Assembly: GCA_965649825.1 (NCBI GenBank)
Contig: OZ287696.1
Location: 291,101 to 355,100, forward strand
Direction: 5' to 3'
From: Penicillus capitatus
Taxonomy: Eukaryota; Plantae; Chlorophyta
DNA: 64,000 nucleotides
Shown: in pieces, positions 61,019 to 64,000 of the stretch
How the letters are laid out: each line of letters begins with the position of its first letter
How positions within the stretch are numbered: the first letter of the stretch is position 1
Program-made: the position numbers and the translations under genes
Notes under the pieces: generated by a model
The model's input: the letters and a program-made list of their open reading frames with translations, nothing else
The model's database searches: none
Told to the model about the DNA's origin: nothing

Positions 61019-61659
61019 ATGAGAACGCGCATGAAGCTCAAAGACACTCCTCAAGATCCATTCGTTCAAGCTGTCAAATACTTTGCCCTCTGTCTCTTAG
61101 CCATTGGATGTTACAGAGTCTATTCCTACGTCGGTACGTACGCTCGACCTTCTCCTGCCCCAAGAGAGATTCCTTCGGGCGATGGACGGATAGGGGAATA
61201 CACCTTGATACATTCCGTGGGTCTGTTGGATTCAGAAGATCCGTTCTTTGTGCGAATTGGCCTCTCACGCATGAAGAGGCTGATCCGGACAGAGAACGGT
61301 GCCAGAAAAGTCATCGAAGTATCTCTCGTCAAAAAATGTCAGATGCTGCTCGATTCCCAAACAGATCGAAGTTGCCCGCCAGCTCGTATGTGTTTTCTGA
61401 TTGGAACGGCTTCTCCTGTCTTCAGAGTTGATCCCAATGATCCTGGATGTCTTGGAAGTGCTCTCAACGTTCGACGCATCCAGACCCGCCCTGCAGCAAG
61501 TCATCTTTTCCCTGTCTTCCTGCCGCGCTGCTGATGGAATGTACCTTACAGGAAGATGTCCTCGAATGGATCGACGAAGGAATTCGAGAAGGATGGATCG
61601 ATGAAGCGACGTGTGCGCGTCAGTTGAAAACGTTGAGATGGGAACTCACGCGGCACTGA
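61019..61659 (+). CDS. Hypothetical protein with one N-terminal TM helix
   Basis: AVKYFALCLLAIGCYRVYSYV helix. Probable short introns link it to ORF 61447-61659. Confidence 0.4.
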
Positions 61660-61911
61660 ACAGTTCTCACTCTTACATAGATCAAGGACAGACCCTCGAA
61701 ATGCCCGTACCCGGATGTCATCATCACCGACTCTCGTCATACAAGGACGTTTCCACAGATCCGATCCGCGTTGCAACATCCGTCCGTTAACTCCATCATC
61801 CTTCCTTCCTTAAAAGGAGCTTGTCGCTTTCGCGTTTCGAGCATTCGACGCCGAAAAACGCGTCGTGTCTGTAACGGTTGAGGTTCGTTCGTCTAAGTCG
61901 AACGACTCGTA

Positions 61912-63824
61912 ATGGAATCACGTAACAACGCCCTTTGTACTCACATGAACGCAGCAGAGAGTGTTATCTCAGGGTACAAATGTCGTCTCGACGTGGTACT
62001 CCTAGTGGACGAGACAACCGACAACGTGACGTTGCAAATTGGAAGCGCTTCAAACGCGTCCAGCCACTCCTCAACCTCAACGACGGAGGGAGACGAAAAG
62101 AGACTCCCCGAAGACTCTCCCGTGGAATCTGTCGATTTTAAACGCATCCACAGTGATGAGAGATGCGACATCGAGACCGAAAGCGAGGACCACAAGGACC
62201 ACAAGGAGACAACGACAGCTCCCATCGTTCAGCAGGAAGAGACGCAACAACCTGCATTCCTGGAAGCTCTGTCGGCCACTTTGGCGCCGCAAAAAACGAA
62301 TAAGGTACAATCGTGTCATTTTCGGATCGAGGCGCACGATGTCGGCACCGCAGGAGCTGATGGATATGACTCTGGAAGCGCACAAGCAGTTTGAGGAGGA
62401 TAGGGCCAGGCATATTCAGCTGATCGAGGTTGTCATTTGTCCGAACAACCGTCCTAGTTTCTGATTTGACGTCTTCTTAGAGATTGGACGTGTGCTTAAG
62501 CACTTTGCGCAGAGAGAAGAGGAGAATGCTGGAAATGCTTGTCGAAATGCGTTTCCGAGCGGAGAAACCGGCCGATCGAGGGATGCATTTCATGGAATAC
62601 CAAGAACAGCTCCTCAGAAAAGTGGTCACTGGGAAGCAGCTCCTGCGCCGTCTCCAAAAGCACGTCGGGGAGATGGCCGACGAGAGAGACATGCATTTTC
62701 GCGATGTCAACCATCAAGGTGCAGGAGGAGAGACACGAAGAGAGGAGAGCAAATCTGTCGTCTTTACAAAGAAGCCATTGCCCGAATGGCTCTCAGAGAA
62801 TGTGCCTCCTGCATCCGTGAAACCCAGAAGGACATCCGCCAAGAGCCCAGCTGATTTGCATCCGCTCTGGGACATGGCATTGAAAGTAGAGAAGAGGAGG
62901 GAAGGGAACGTCGCTGATTCGTTGTATCAAGTCCAGTGGGTGCCCAAGAAATCGAAGTCGGCATCAGGAACAGTACCTTCGGAGGGCGATCGCTCACCAT
63001 CACCCCTGAAGGCGAGAAGCTCTTGTCCTAAAAAGCCGCCAGCCGCTCCGCGTCCTGCCTCTCTGTTTTCGACCCAAACGCCACCAGTATTGAAAGGAGA
63101 GAAACAACAGGCATCTACAGAAACGCGAGAAGCCGATGCACGGAAGGTGCTGCAGGAAATGTCAAAGATGGGATTCGAATCGACCGCACAAAAGAGCGCT
63201 TCGAGTGCTCCTGTCGCTCGAAAGGAGACCTCCGTTCCGTCTACGGTATCCCAAACGGCAGAGAAAGTCAAAGAGCCAAAGCCAGATGCACCCGAAGTGC
63301 CCAGGACGAGGGGAGTCGGAGAAAGTCCTGCGTTTCAGACAGCTGTCTCTTCGGAGGCACCAAAGCCCTCAATGTTTGCGCCTCAATCAAGACCTGGACA
63401 TCACCCGTCTCTCTTTCAAGCGCCAATCCAGGCACAACAGGTGCAAGCATCCAGCATCGCAGGAGGCGCTGCCTTTGGACAGCCATCTGTCCCGCGTGCA
63501 AACATCGGCCTTAACAGTGTGGCACCTCAACTGGGATCTCTGTGCCCACCGAACATCAGTGCAAGTGATGGTGGCAGTTCCAGTCAAGGGGGATTCGGAA
63601 AGTTTGCCGCCATTGGCGGCGGTTTTTCGGCGTTCGCATCTCAAGGCAGCTTCCAAGGAGTCTGTGGACAACATTCTGGTGGCGGATTTGTCCAGCAGAG
63701 TGGATTTTCGACTAGCTTTGCACCGTCCTCCGGCACAGAATTCGCTAATGCTGCATCTATGACTTCTCTTTTCGGAATGCGACCTGCTCAAGACAGTAGC
63801 AAGATGTGGGAAATGCGTAAGTAG
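61912..63824 (+). CDS. FG-nucleoporin, Nup214-like C-terminal region
   Basis: A coiled coil, then an S/P/T/A-rich spacer, then AFG, GGFG, GGF and SLFG repeats ending ..MWEMRK* (similar to the ..QMRK end I recall for plant Nup214). Confidence 0.6.
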
Positions 63825-64000
63825 TGACCCTATCCCGTTTTTCAAACCATTTCTGTGAATTCCTCTCATTCGAAGGAAACCGACGACATTACATTGCCAG
63901 GATTTACTATCGTCCCTCAAAACGAAAAGGATCAGATCATTTCGATCAACAATGTCCCTCCGAATTTAACAGGCATTGGATCAGATTTCACCTCTTCCGG

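Noticed and set aside
22299-63920. Numerous long antisense or alternate-frame ORFs in the track (e.g. 24230-24904, 37583-38059, 46593-47303, 63387-63920)
   Set aside because: They overlap well-supported genes, and stop-poor shadow frames are expected in GC-balanced coding DNA.
1-64000. Non-standard genetic code (TAA/TAG=Gln, as in some ulvophytes)
   Set aside because: Conserved proteins end at TAG/TAA exactly where expected (GS ..TTILM*, PDX1 ..TRSE*), and no in-frame TAR is needed in conserved cores.
1-64000. tRNA, rRNA, CRISPR or telomeric repeats
   Set aside because: No cloverleaf with A/B boxes, rRNA motif, repeat-spacer array or telomeric tract was seen by eye. tRNAscan-SE/Infernal would be needed to exclude small RNAs.

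Overview
Very gene-dense eukaryotic nuclear DNA, most likely from a compact-genome chlorophyte green alga. This is inferred from a PsbP-domain gene, an FEA1-like gene, UGUAA-type polyA signals and a BBS4 cilia gene. It uses the standard code and has many short (~45-60 nt) introns. I manually reconstructed about 33 protein-coding genes; exon models come from GT/GC-AG logic and remembered family motifs, not from database searches. Most are housekeeping genes: GS, PDX1, epsin, DTD, V-ATPase F, PDE, PPD2, nitrilase, BRAP2, BBS4, OTU, LMBR1, DPAGT1, CobW, SRRM1 and a Nup214-like gene. The standout is a divergently oriented paralog pair of ZNFX1-like RNA helicase/E3 ligases (36.1-43.7 kb minus; 50.2-57.8 kb plus), each built as 2xCCCH - UPF1-like helicase - NF-X1 fingers - RING-like segment - RZ finger. 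The pair shows reciprocal GT/GC splice-donor switches, near-identical patches, a hypervariable linker and a fresh 41-bp duplication at one stop codon. Nearby are a probable SURP-ankyrin-U-box chimeric E3 gene and a 78-bp noncoding element that is repeated upstream of both it and ZNFX1-A. Gene packing is extreme: start codons as little as 18 nt apart and tail-to-tail CDS overlaps. No tRNA, rRNA, CRISPR array or transposase was recognised.
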